Source: Dudresnaya verticillata
Lineage: Eukaryota
Length of the DNA stretch: 64,000 bases
NCBI GenBank assembly: GCA_977862235.1
Contig: OZ374558.1
Coordinates: 2,976,001-3,040,000 of the forward strand
Direction of reading: 5' to 3'
Shown: positions 1 to 12,194 of the stretch, piece after piece
Numbering within the stretch: the first letter of the stretch is position 1
Layout of the letters: each line of letters starts with the position of its first letter
Translations under genes and position numbers: made by a program
Notes under the pieces: generated by a model
Database searches by the model: none
What the model saw: only the letters and a program-made list of their open reading frames with translations
Told to the model about the DNA's origin: nothing

Positions 1-612
1 CGTTGGTCCATCTAATAGTGCCTAGGTTATCTTGATGAATCGTAATGGGCAATTGTACAGTAATATCTAGCTCAGTGAGGACATGTCGGCACCATTTCAC
101 CAGTTTCAGACAATCCACGAGAGTATAAAACTCTGCTTCTGGGGTTGAGACTGCAACTGACTGTTGTAACTTTAAAAGTTCCAAAAAACTGGATTTTCCC
201 CAATCGTTAAAACAATGCCTGACCTTGATCGTCTAATGTCTTGTTCCCGATCCCAATCTGCATCATGCCATGCTTCGACGAGTCCATCGCTATCACGGTA
301 GGATAGTCCGTAATATACAGTTCCTTTCAGGTATCTGAATACATTTTTTAGGGCTTTCCGGTGTACTGGCTTCGGTGAAGCGCTGAATGCTCCCAACATA
401 GATACTACTGTTGCGCTTTCAGGCCTTTTCCTTGTACTTAGGTGGATTAAGGTTGCCACCGCGCTGGAAGAAGGTACTGCTTCCATTTTCAATTCCTCTT
501 CTGCTGTTCACATTGTCCTTGGATCTTAGAGTACATGACTTGAAGGTACTGGGGTTGGTAATGGATTGCAATTAGTCATGTTCGTGTCATTGAGAAGTTT
601 TTCAATCAATGG
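1..612 (-). pseudogene. Copia RT C-terminus / RNase H fragment
   Basis: Motifs ALKNVFRYLKGT, WHDADW..RRSRSG and STPEAEF, with frameshifts. Confidence 0.88.
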
Positions 613-1791
613 TGTGGTTCAAGCAACCCGCGTCGCCCCTGATATAAGTTACCGCCGCTGGCGTGTAGACCCTCGACGAGTGGTGTCTACCGCCGTTCGG
701 CGTGGGACACAATTTCGAAAAACGCCCACTGGCGTTGGCGCGAACCCGCTCGCTTCGCAGGAAGAAATCGCCATTGGCGTACAAACCGTGGCCAACTCGC
801 CCGCGGCTCAGGTGCGGCGAAACACCGAGTGTGGGTGAGGTGGCATACTCGGCTGTGCGCCTACAAGTGGTACACGCTGGCTACGCATAGCAGGGCAATG
901 GGATCACACACGTGTACGGTCTAAGCGGGGACCTCTTTGTAAGCCGTAAGCCGTGTCCACGTGTGTGTAAGCAACTCGTACGCACATATCTTTAAGCAAC
1001 GAGTGCGCACGGTTCTATCAGCACATGGCTTCATCGCGACCGTACTTGTCAGACAGACGACGTAACGAAACCTGTCCCGACTTCCCGCGCGTCTGCGTAA
1101 CGCCACTGCCACGCGTCTAGTAGTAGTAGTATAAGCTCCGCGCAAAAGATGAACCAAAGGCACTAATCAGCGCGTAACATCGCTTTACTTAAGCCAATCC
1201 ACTTTTGACGACGCATACGCCCCAAACAAAGCCACCGGAACGTTTCAACGAAGCTACAATATCTCACATGTTAAATTGCTGATTATGTACAGTATGAAAA
1301 CACAGCAAAGGCAGGCAAACAGCATAACGGAGCAATTGCGGACAGAAAAGCGAACGAAATATGTAATTGTTCCACCCAATCTTAGGGGATAATCCGATTA
1401 GCCACCCATATCGACACAGTCCTTAATCCTGCAGCATTGCGTCTCATTGCCCGCGATTTGGACAAACGCTGCACCCTTGCCGGCCTCTCGAGCAGCCAAT
1501 GCTCACGGGCCTTATTTCTCGCACCCTCAGCTTTCCTTGCATTCAAGCGGTCAGTGGCCTGGCGTTCCCAATTTTCACGCCTTTCAGCAGTGTCAACTGC
1601 ACGCACTGCACGCTGTCTCCCTGCATTGTGTGGTGTATGGTAGGAAAAGACGCCTAGCCACGGACTGGATTATGGTGCGAACATCTGTTGACGATCTACA
1701 CCTCCGGACCGTTCGGCATCCGGTGGGTAGCCGCTTGTAGCGGGGTAGCTGTGGCAGAGCAGAGGGGATTCGCCAAGGGCGGACTGTACAC

Positions 1792-2658
1792 TGTGGTGCA
1801 ACACCCGAAGACAACGGCGTTTGCCCCTAACCGTGTTCGAACGGTCTTCCGCGAGGTAGTAGCAGACAGCAAGTGATGAGGCGGGTGTATGTAGCTGGGT
1901 AGAGCGGATGAGGCACGGGGTGTGCCCCGGGTAGTTGAGATGTGGACGCGGTCGACTGTAAACCCCCGGCCCACGTAGAAGTGCTGTAGTGCACGTAGAA
2001 CGATAAAGGCGGTTACGCCGGTGAATGCTGCGAAGACAAGCGACGGAACAGGGTACGTAGGCCCAGGTACCACACGGTGTTGTCACCGGGAGCGAAGTTG
2101 GTGGTATCCTCAGGTTCCAAAGCCAGCTTGGCGCTTTATTGTCAAGGGGGTTCACCCCGTACACTCAGTAGCCCCCGCGGGAGGTGCGTGCCCGTGTGTG
2201 GCGCCGTGCGCACACACTTGTTTTTGGCGCCGTGCGCACACACTTGGCACGCGCGCGCACCGCGAGCTGATTAATATATCGCGCAAAATATCTAGCGTAG
2301 AAATACTACTATGGCACTGTAAACCAGTGTAAACTAAGGGCGCGCATTGCTGGCGCGCACCCGAGCGAGGATTCCCTCGGATATATTCGGCGCACGTGTT
2401 GCGCATGTACACGTGGAGGCGTGTCGCCCGTGCGTGCCGGTGGCGCGTACTGTACGGGCGCGCGCGCACCGTGCCAAGGGCGCGTTGCCCATTGGCCGGA
2501 TTTCGTGCGTGCTGAATCCGCGCACAGGCCCATCCAATCTGCAGGTTATCGGCGTATGCTCCCTTCGCGGTTGATCCGCGTGTGTCGTCGTCTGCTCACC
2601 GTGCGAGTGGGTGTAGCGATATATAAAACAGGGCTTTTCCCCGGGGTCTTGCACCACA
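1792..2658. mobile_element. Solo-LTR-like unit, family G (867 bp)
   Basis: 10-bp inverted termini TGTGGTGCAA/TTGCACCACA. The flanks TACAC and TGAAC are each one change from the family-B site TAAAC. Confidence 0.75.
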
Positions 2659-2801
2659 TGAACGCCCTGGGCGGTAAAGAGAAAAACAAAGGAACAAAAA
2701 GGGAAAAGGGGTAAGGAAACACGTCTCGGACGCAGTGCGGACGCGGAAGCCGGGTAGGTCAGACGCTTGAGCCTCAGGGCTAGCGGGTAGGTACGCGTAG
2801 C

Positions 2802-3468
2802 TGTGGTGTAGTAAAAACCCACGAACTCCGTAACGGACAGCTGGCCTGACTTTCCTACACGGGACGAGAGCGACACTACCTCCACGGGGTAGTAGAGCAG
2901 TTCGCACCGAGACGGGAGAACAGCGAGCGGCTAACCGAAACGGATATTGGGAAGCAACAGACAAGGGGGTGGTACAAGTTCCGGGACGGACTCCGTAACG
3001 GTGGTGGTGGTAGACCGCAACGCGCTCGGCGCCGGGAAAACTGTAAATGAAAGAGCTACGGTGGGATTGAGGCTTAAGGGTTGCTTGCCCGTTTACCCTA
3101 GGAGCCGCTGCGGTGCCGCCCTGATATACAGGTCAGGGTGGCACCGAGCGGTCCGGTCCGTGGGGGCCAGACCGTAGTGGTCTGGTCCTATGGTGGAATC
3201 GGCCCTGCTGGTCCCAGTCTCCGACACGGACATGCGCAGCATTCTCATTGGCTGGCGCACTACCCTACACACTGTACAGATACTCTCTAAAAATAAAGAA
3301 TAAATACTACAAATACTCCGCTACGGTTCGTGCGCTCCACTGCTGCACAGCAATGTACGCCAGCACACAACAATGCACCCAACAGTACACGTGCACACAT
3401 CCCACAACGGTTCAGGCCACACTATATCCATTTCCACCGTTTCGGATGCCGAATCGCACTTCACCACA
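2802..3468. mobile_element. Solo-LTR-like unit, family A (667 bp)
   Basis: Ends TGTGGTG...CACCACA with TSD GTAGC. Inverted copies occur at 19968-20674 and 49480-49878. Confidence 0.9.
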
Positions 3469-4254
3469 GTAGCGCGAGAAGGGTAGTCTGGACCAAGGCT
3501 GGCTTTCCGGGGGTTTACCCTCACGTCTGAGACGGATCACCAAAATAGAGTAGAACAACTACCTAGCGGCGGCGGCGTGCGAGTGCGCGTAGCGCGGGAA
3601 CTCGGGACACGTGTTGTCCCAAGGCGCGTCTGACAAGTTCCGTCCGTCATGTAGCCGCGCGTATGGCAGAGTCATGCATAGCTCGCCACGTGAGTGCTTA
3701 CACGTTTATACCTCCTTACAGCCGCACGCGTCCTGTAGAGCGTGCGATCTCGATTCATACCAATCCCGATCCAATCTGGATTCGGGTCAGCCGTGCGGAT
3801 GCGCCAGGCTTACAGGCGCGTTCCTTACACTCCTCGATCCCGATGTCTGATTTCGATGCGGGATCCCGATTTAATCCGGATTCGGGCCACGCTTACAGCG
3901 GACATTCCCGCCACTGTGCCACGCGCGCACGCGTGGCACCGTACAGTGCTGCGGCGTCGGGCGGGCGGTCTGTACGCCAAGTGAGCCGTTCTGGCCCGGG
4001 TGGCCAGCGGCATGCGTCGGTGTCGTGTTTGCGCCGCGGGCGGGTTGGGCGCGCCGTTGGCGGGTGCCCGTCGGTAGACACGTACTTATCAACCCGCTGA
4101 GAGCGAAAAGAGGGACCCACCCCTGGCACTACACGAATGCTTTGAGTTGGATGGTTGCGGTGGAATAGAACGGCTTCGTGAAGCCTGGGCTTCGCAATTC
4201 TCCTCGACGCTGGAGACACTGTGCGAGGAGAGGGCTAGTAGCCGAAATGGTTTG

Positions 4255-5027
4255 TGTAGTATAGACGTCGGGTCGATCCGACATCTGATACTTGCTGGTC
4301 CGAAGCCGCCACACAGACCCGTCGATGGGTATCTGTTGTGTGTGGTAGAGCGGTGTCGGCCGCGTGCGCCCCACAGGTGCAGATCGACGGCGTTGATGCC
4401 GGAGCGCGCACGGGGCGTACCGTACGCGGGTAGGCAGCGGCCGGATCCCAGCGTCCCTGTCGAATGGCGGCAAGAAGTCGACGGAAAGGAAAACGAAAGG
4501 GGAAAGCCTAGCGAGGCAAGGGAGAAAAGGGAAACCGCCGGCTGGGGTAAGGCAAAGGGATCGAACCCGAAGAGGATGGTGACAAGCTTCAGCCTGAGCT
4601 GTTGCTTTCCCGGTTTACTGAGCTGTCGATGGCAGACGGCCTTAAATACCCTACGCTATGTACACTACGGCTACTCTGCAGTAGGTGCGCCCCACAACAC
4701 CAACGCGGGAGGTGTGCGAGCGCGCGCGCATACACGTGTCGACACGTCCGGGGAACGGATACCCGTGAGCGCGCGCGGGGCGTAACGGGCAGCGGCCCTC
4801 TCAACGGCTCGATGCCGGAGAGTGCCCTGGGGAGCGCCGTGTGCGACACGGCGCGCGGCCGCTGCCGGAAGCAATGCGGTCGACCGCTACTAAAATCAAC
4901 GAAAAAACTAAGTGCACGCTGCCCAACCACGACTCGCCAGCGGGCGTCATCGTGTGCACCATTACAGTGCGGGGCTGCCAACATACCTTACAGCCGCTGC
5001 CGATGGTGTGCTGACAGCTATACTACA
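4255..5027. mobile_element. Solo-LTR-like unit, family H (773 bp)
   Basis: Perfect 10-bp inverted termini TGTAGTATAG/CTATACTACA with TSD GTTTG. Confidence 0.88.
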
Positions 5028-5646
5028 GTTTGCAATGCGAACGCTGGCGGTCCTTCTTCAATCATCGATAATGGGCGTGATGGTTGCAATTTGCGGGTAT
5101 GTAAGGATGTGCTATTGGAGAAAAAGGCGCGCTGAATTCGAATCTGGGGATGGCTCGAAGCACAGGGGAACAGATATTCAGTACGCAGCAAGATAAGTAA
5201 CGGTCAGCAGAGCTACAAGCAATAAACCGCAAAGAAATAATGGAAAAACCGATCCACAATAGGTCGTGATTCACATTTTGGTACCCATATGATACTTAGT
5301 TACTCCGTCTGAAGAGGTCACGATAAACTCGGCTAAGCCGGCCCGGGACTTGAATGCCCTTTTCCGCTTGCGCGTACCACCTACCGCAGCCTGAATCTTA
5401 CACGTCAGTACCTCCGTGCTTCCAAGTTTCCTACCGTCTTCTTAACGTGTTTCCTTTGGTTTTCGTGCCTGTTCTTTTTCCTTTTCCTTTTCCTTTTCCT
5501 TTACCCACTTTCCGCCCGGGGCGTTTACAGTCCGCCCTGTGGCGTTGCCTACCGCTCTACCACCACCGTTGTAAGCCGACACTACCTGCCGGGCCCCGAT
5601 CACCCGAACTTGCTACCCGTCAAGAGACGATTTGCACCACAAATGG

Positions 5647-6428
5647 ACGCTGTGTCATAATTATATCACCACATTCTTTTTCAGTGATGGAAACACCAAG
5701 AAAGTGACCTAGCGGGCCCAGATCCGTGATTGTAAGTACCCTTGAAACTTCTTTTTAACGGTTTGGATGAGTCCTTCGTCACCAAATAGGGCAAGGTCAT
5801 CCACATACGCCAACGATAATATTTGTGAAGTCTTTGACTGCAATCGGAAGAGACATTCACTGCATGATAGATTTTCAAATCCTATCTTCTGCAAGGTTGA
5901 CAGCTATGTTTTATAGCAAGACTTAGGTGCCTCTCTAAGTCCATAAAGTGACTTCCGGAGCTTCACTATTCCTCCATCTGCATCTTTAACGCCATCTATG
6001 TTAGGAAGCTTGAGCCATATTTCCGTATCCTCCGGTAGTAGCGTGTACAAAAAATCACCCTTCACGTCCACTTGATGACGTACCCATTGAAAAATTACTG
6101 ATAGAGCCAGCAGAATTCCCACAAGATCAAAAGATGCTATTGGTGAATATCTACTTTCATATGCATATTCATCAACTGCTTGCATATTTCCGCGCGCCAC
6201 TCGTCTTTCTTTGAAGCGTGCAGGTCGGCCGTTGTTATCAATTTTCAGTCTGAGTACAATACCAGATGCGATAGCCCTTCGTGGAGGGCTATCCTTTTCT
6301 TGGTGCGTTCCATCCTTGATGACTGCGTTGAATTCTTCACTTATGGCTTCCTTCCAAAATTCTGCTTCAACTGGTCCTAGGGCAGTTTCAAGCTGTGGTT
6401 CGTCTTCGGTGGTTATCGATTTAGGCAT
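5647..6428 (-). pseudogene. Copia reverse transcriptase (RVT_2), frameshifted
   Basis: Motifs WKEAISEE, RFKERRVARG, HQVDVKGDFL, LRKSLYGLREAP and AYVDDL. Confidence 0.92.
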
Positions 6429-6644
6429 AGACTTGTTGCTACGAGGCGCAAGTTTTACCCGTGGCTTGTATCGTTTTCTTGTTCCACCCGATACTTTGAT
6501 GGATGCTCTGGAATATATGATAAGTCTTCAAAAGAGATACAAGTTATTGTAGTTATCTGTGACCTGTGGAGTTATTTCTAAGTAAGATTCCGTGTTGCGT
6601 TCCTGGAAAACTGCTGAATCGGAGTCTTCTTTAGTCGACTTTTC

Positions 6645-7440
6645 TTATTCCGTGCGACCATCCAATTCAGAGCTCTCGGAAGATGTAGCATTGTCTGTGT
6701 TACTGTCTGCCTGATTCGCCACTGTATTTGCTGTCTTAAATTGGTCCAGTCCGGGGAATTCTAATTCCTTGAAACGTACATGCTTACTTATTATTACTTT
6801 GTTACCAGTTAGCACCTTATAGCTTCCACTATTAATGTGTCCGATATTGATTCCCTCTGTTAATCGTGCCGCAAATTTCTTCTGCTTCTTCACTGCAAGT
6901 TGAACAAATAGCTCGGCAGCCGAAGGGCGTCATATGTTTTGCATAAGGTGCAGGAGTTTTGAAGAAGCTGACATAATGTGACGATTTCGTTACTGAATGT
7001 GTCGTAGTATTTCTAGCCTGTGATACGTGCTGGATTGCATGAGACCAGTACTCAAGTGGCAGTTTAGACTTAATCAAGCATGTACGAGCTGCTGATAGCA
7101 GAATGCCTTGTGTTCTTTCTACTAAGCCATTGGATTTTGGCGTATAAGGAGCAGAGGTAGATACAGTAATACCTTCATCTTGAAATATTTTCGCAGCTTT
7201 CAAAACTTCTGACCCCCCATCTGTATGCAAAGACTTCAACAGTTCTCCTGTATGTCTCTCGAATCTCTTCATGAAGTTGATCAGTAATTCAGATGCCTCT
7301 GACTTGCCTTCCATTAGATAAACTTCTACATATCGTGACATTTCATCAAGGACTGTCATAAAATATTGATATCCCTCAACAGACTTTGGGTCAACCTTTC
7401 CAACTAAGTCGACATGAATGAATCCAGGCTTCGCTGCTCT
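6645..7440 (-). pseudogene. Copia integrase core, frameshifted
   Basis: Motifs IHVDLVG, VLDEMSRY, LHTDGGSE, PYTPKSNGLVER and PFGCRA. Confidence 0.92.
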
Positions 7441-7867
7441 TGTAATCTTACCTTTAAAGAAGCGCTTAAATTTCCCTTTTTGGCTTCGTTCACGTGGTAA
7501 ATGTCCTTGGAAAGTTGCGGTAGCACTCCGCTCTTGAGAAGGGATTCAATGTCTTTTGTGTTCCCGAGAGGACCTAGTCGGTATTGCCAGTTCTGTACAC
7601 TTACTTGAGTTGCCAGTCTGCTGAGAGGTAGTTTCTAAAATTGGGATAGACGATGTGTCTGTGAGATTTATGGTCTCAGATGCAGCGTCGATTTTGCTTT
7701 CTGTCTCAGAATCACAATCCGAATTGTAACCGAGGTCGTCGCTTTCCGATTCATTACCGTCATCAGCGTTCCACAACTCTGGTATATATTTGATTCAGTA
7801 TCTGATATGTAATCTGACAGTGTGACATGGCTTCTAACTACGACTCGCCTGGCCTGAGTGAGAGGCT

Positions 7868-8096
7868 TTTCGTCTTGTGTAGACCGTGTTTATACAGATG
7901 AAACAAAGTTCCACCAAAATAGCGAGGGTGGCCAGGGAGCTGGCACTGCACGATGTGAACGAATTTACTGATCCAATCACGTGGATTGCGCCGTTTGCTT
8001 CCACCGCCGGTTCGAATTTTTGGCGCGAACACAAGTCTACTTAAGTTCGCCGATGCCGACGAAGCGAAACATTCCCGGCATGCCTCTCTCTTTCCA
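7868..8096 (+). repeat. Direct repeat A1 of the YR element
   Basis: About 228 bp, near-identical to 11967-12194. Confidence 0.95.
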
Positions 8097-8864
8097 GAGA
8101 GTCCCCAAACCTTTGGCGGTAGGCAAATTCAGAGCGGTCAAAAGTTACTACGGTCAAAAGTTACTAGGCCGAACACAATATCAACAAACATGGACATTAG
8201 CAACAACCAGAAGCTTGTCGAAGATTTCGTGGCCAAGGCGAAGCTGGTTAACAAGGGCAAGACTCTCGCAGAGGCTGGCGTCGACACCAAGTGGGTCCGC
8301 GCCTACGGTCAGATCGCCCGGCGCTGCAGGGACGACAAGGACTTTGGCGTCACTCCGTATCCCTAAGAGCAAGGGGCGGGTGTCGCGGCATTTACTGATG
8401 GCTTCTTCGAGCACCGTGACTGGCCTGTACGTCGCCATATGGAGAAACACTCTAGTCTGAGGGCGATCTGCGAGTACGAAGCGAACTAAACTAATGCCGC
8501 AGGTTACTGGATGGCCTTTCACCAGGCAGCCATCGACCTTCGCCACGAGTGTTTCAACAAGAAGGAAGTCGACGACGCGAATGTCTTCGACGTCTGGTCA
8601 ATCGTCGCGATACGCTACGGGCTACGGGTCGTGGGTCTGCGCACGCAGTTCTACAAGATGTCTGCAAGGGACCCAACCCACGCCAAGATGATACTTCCCG
8701 TTCTGGAGCAGAGGAATGAAGTCGCCCCTGCTGATGATCTGACTGGGACCATGGGTAAGCTCGATACCCATATGACGACTCAACTGGTGAAGGCGGTAGC
8801 TACCCTGAACGCCAGCAACGCAACGAAGCGAGCTGGGAAAGGTGGCGCCGCCGGGGATAATTAG
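7972..8864 (+). pseudogene. gag-like ORF1 of the YR element, frameshifted
   Basis: ORF pieces 7986-8366 and 8511-8864 lie upstream of and overlap the RT ORF. The call is positional only. Confidence 0.6.
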
Positions 8865-10430
8865 TTACCATCGACTCGAGGCGCCCGCTTTGGCGCGAGA
8901 CACAAGCACACGTAGAAGCATGGCGCCTCCTGGGCTTTTCGGAGTTCTTATGCCGGGCAATCCAGTTCGGAATCTTCGAGAACCCATCAAACCCTTCGTT
9001 CCTGGGGAGGGGTTCGCAATGGGCGAGATTCCACAGTCGGAGGACGATCGGCGATTTGCATGCAAGGGCCTCAGAGATGGATGCCTTGCCGGGATATACG
9101 AGGAGGTCACCCCGCAAGCCGCCGACATTGCCCTCAAGAATGGATCCATCATCTCTTCCGCCTTCGTCGTGTGGCAGGACCAAGCGGATGGGGAGAAGAA
9201 GGGTCGTTTGGTGGTGAACCTGAGCAAACAATCCAAGCACTGGAGAAAGGGAACAGTGCAGATGGAGTCTCTTTCCGGCTTTGCCACTTCGATTCAGAAA
9301 GGGGATCACTTTTTGTCCATGGACGTGAAGAGCGGATACCGCCACTTCCGCTTGCACCCCAGGATGAGGGACTGGTTCATTTTCCGTTACGATGGTCGCT
9401 ACTACAGATGCGTAGCGCTACCCTTCGGATGGGGGCTGTCGCCCCTGTGGTTTACCCAGCTCATGGCGTTGTTTGTGAGAATCCTCAGGGCGGCCGGCTT
9501 GCGCGTCCTGGCCTACCTGGACGACTTCTTAATCGTTCCATCGCCCCCCGGAACTGTTGCAGGTCCGTCACACTGCCAGGAAGCTCGGGCTTACGTAGAA
9601 GCGCTCCTGTAAACGTTGGGAATAACCAGACATGCTACGAAAGGAGAGTGGGAAGGGAGCACGGTCATCGAGCATCTTGGAGTACAGATCAACAGTGTTT
9701 CGATGCGCTTCATAGTGGCACCTCGCAAGCTGGCGAAGGTGCGCGCGCTGTCCGGGAAACTATTACGACAGTCCATGCTGGGCCGTCGTTGAGTTTCCCG
9801 AAAGGTCGTTTCCCACTTCTGCGGTGTGTGCGTAGCACTATCTCTCGCCATGCCTTGGGCCCGCTTCTATACCTGAGCGTTGTACTGGGACTTGGGTCCG
9901 GCTCGCAAGAGAGACTCGCGCGGGCGAATTCGTCTGAGTCACCAGAGCGTAAGAGACCTAAGGCGTTGGCGAGATCTCTCCCGAGACGAGTTGGAAGGAA
10001 GGCCGATGTTCCCTCACAGTCCGACAGCCGCGATCCATTCGGATGCCGCAGACGTGGGATATGGCGGAACCCTCAACCAGTCCGATCTTCGGCCGGGCGT
10101 CGACGGCCATTGGCGCTCGCAAGGGATCTGGAGTTGTAAGGATCGGACCGAGAGCATCAGATTCCGGGAACGCAAGGCAATTCGGATGATCCTAATGGGA
10201 TCCTTGGGCAAGCGCGTTACAGCCCAAGGACATCGACAGCTTCTGTTGCATGTGGACAACCAAGCCGTGGTTCACATTACCAACGCATTCGTGAGCGCAA
10301 GTCGGCATATGATGGGGGAGCTTCGCCGATTGAAGTTGGTTCTGGATCAGCTTGGGTTGCCAATCCGGTCGGAGTGGATACCATCAGTCGCCAACAAGTT
10401 TGAAGATGGCCTTTCGCGACGATTCCCCGA
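8842..10430 (+). pseudogene. DIRS-type reverse transcriptase + RNase H with premature stops
   Basis: RT motifs SMDVKSGYRHF, LPFGWGLSP and AYLDDFL; RNase H motifs IHSDAADVGYGG, LHVDNQAV and IPSVANK..DGLSR. Stops fall near 9610, 9790 and 9874. Confidence 0.92.
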
Positions 10431-10454
10431 GCAGACTTACAGATCCGCAGGCAT

Positions 10455-10858
10455 TTGCGGCATTCCGGGATGGCTGGTATGCAAGCTCCGAGGGACGCGT
10501 TCCGCTTTCGCCCCGTCGGGGAGCACCCCGTCATACAGCGGCGCCAAGCATACGCAGAGCTAGCGTCGACTTGGGACCCGGAGCAGGTGCGCCTTCTCTG
10601 CCCGCCGATAGACCTGATCCAAGCCACGGTCCACAAGCTTCGGACCTCGAAGTGTCCGGCCGTGCTTCTGATCGCGGACTGGCCGCGCCAGAACTGGCAC
10701 CAGGCGGCGCTGTCGTTGGCACCCTCTGTGAAGCAGCTTCCGCAGACGTCGGACTAAGTATGGGTAGGTCACAGGAAGATCAACCGGCATGGCGCTTGCT
10801 AATGCTGGAGGTCAACTTACCAGCGGGCAAGAACACGGGACCCCTCGAGTGGATCTGA
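10455..10858 (+). pseudogene. DIRS-type adenine methyltransferase-like (MT) domain
   Basis: W...LLCPPIDLI...KL....AVLLIADWPRQNW matches the DIRS MT pattern and sits directly after RNase H. Confidence 0.65.
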
Positions 10859-11903
10859 CACTGGGCTTGGGGGTAGCGCAGAGTTTATCCTCGATGGTAC
10901 CAACAGAGGGCCTGCGCCAGGCCTCAAAACTTATCCAAGAGTATGCCTGGGAGGACCGAACCAAAAGGACGCGCAATTCTCATGGAATTGCTGGGTTAGG
11001 TGTTGCGAATCAGAAGGTCGGGTTCTTCTTCCTGTTACTAAAGCCCACTTCTTGGCTTACATTGGGTGGCTCATGCAAGAACGTCAGGCTGGTAGACGTG
11101 CAGTTAGTGGGTCTTCCATTCCCCAGTACTTGTCGGCCGTCCGACAAATGCAAATGACCTGCCTCTGCGTTCCAGTTCGCTCGTTTGAACTTGTACCTCA
11201 CCTGCTACGGGCATATTCAACGTGGGAGGAAGAGAACTTTCCTCTAACAGCTGTAAGATGCGGCGTATCTGCGTCGGTTGTTCAGCAGATATGGACTCTC
11301 GGAATGCAAACCGAACACGTGTCGTTGCTTCGTGATAGCGCGGCTTGCGTGTTCGCATACTGCACCAATGGTCTCCGAGAAAGTTCTGTCATCAGCGTTG
11401 AAGCAGCCAATGTCACGCTATCCGACTCTTCCATCCTCGTACGCCTATATCGTTGGAAAGGTCTACATGCTAGCCAGCAGCCGCTAGTCTCATACGAACG
11501 ATGGACAACCCCGGCAGCTCCTGTTGATCTTTGGAACCTGTGGAACTCGCGACGGCCAGAACACCCCCGTTTCTTCGCTCTGTCGGGTGATCGGCAAGAT
11601 ATTGCTGTGAAGACGCTCACAGCAGCGTTACAGCGCTGTTTAACCGAGCTTGCCATCTTGGCGCCTGCTGGTGGGAAGTTCACGTCGCACTCTCTTCGAA
11701 TTGGCGCGCATAATGAGCAAGTGTTGCTTGGCATTCCCCTGGAAGTACGCTTGGCTCGCTTCGGATGGGGCCCTTGCAGTTCCAAGATGGCAGCCTTGTA
11801 TTTTGACCGTACCCTGAAGGTTTCAACCGTATCGTTTTGGTTGTTCGGTTGCCAGCCCCTGGTCGGTACCGGCCCCGTTTCCACCGTGGCTTCTGAAGAG
11901 TAG
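10789..11903 (+). CDS. Tyrosine recombinase (5' part frameshifted near 10980)
   Basis: Catalytic motifs NGLRESS (R), FTSHSLRIG (HxxR) and FGW......ALYF (W, Y). Confidence 0.9.
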
Positions 11904-11966
11904 CCCGGCCGTCGGTGCACAAGCGTCCCGCAGACGTCTGTCCGCTGTTGCGGTTGAGGTTGGGAG

Positions 11967-12194
11967 TTTCGTCTTGTGTAGACCGTGTTTATACAGATGA
12001 AACAAAGTTCCACCAAAATAGCGAGGGTGGCCAGGGAGCTGGCACTGCACGATGTGTACGAATTTCCTGATCCAATCACGTGGATCGCGCCGTTTGCTTC
12101 CACCGCCGGTTCGAATTTTTGGCGCGAACACAAGTCTACTTAAGTTCGACGATGCCGACAAAGCGAAGCATTCCCGGCATGCCTCTCTCTTCCA
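11967..12194 (+). repeat. Direct repeat A2 of the YR element
   Basis: Copy of 7868-8096. Confidence 0.95.

Larger units (their letters stand above)
1671..4133 (+). mobile_element. Family B solo-LTR-like copy (old), interrupted by G and A1
   Basis: Aligns by eye with 27820-28721 once 1792-2658 and 2802-3468 are removed. The termini are decayed (TATGGTGCGAAC...GCACTACA) and the TSD is degenerate. Confidence 0.75.
1130..5292. mobile_element. Old unclassified insert, possibly a Tc1/pogo remnant, itself interrupted by B0 and H
   Basis: It interrupts the outer B unit. The weak inverted termini read CAAAAGATGAACCA vs CAAAATGTGAATCA. A charged ORF remnant at 1382-1606 resembles a transposase tail. 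Confidence 0.3.
613..5641 (-). mobile_element. Solo-LTR-like unit (family B relative) carrying nested inserts
   Basis: Ends are TGTGGTTCAAG...TTTGCACCACA with a perfect TSD AATGG (608-612 / 5642-5646). 5292-5641 is reverse-complement similar to 27820-28150. Confidence 0.88.

Noticed and set aside
1670..5200. Numerous 60-210 aa ORFs in the GC-rich solo-LTR-like units
   Set aside because: They cross insertion junctions, lack motifs and are not preserved between copies.
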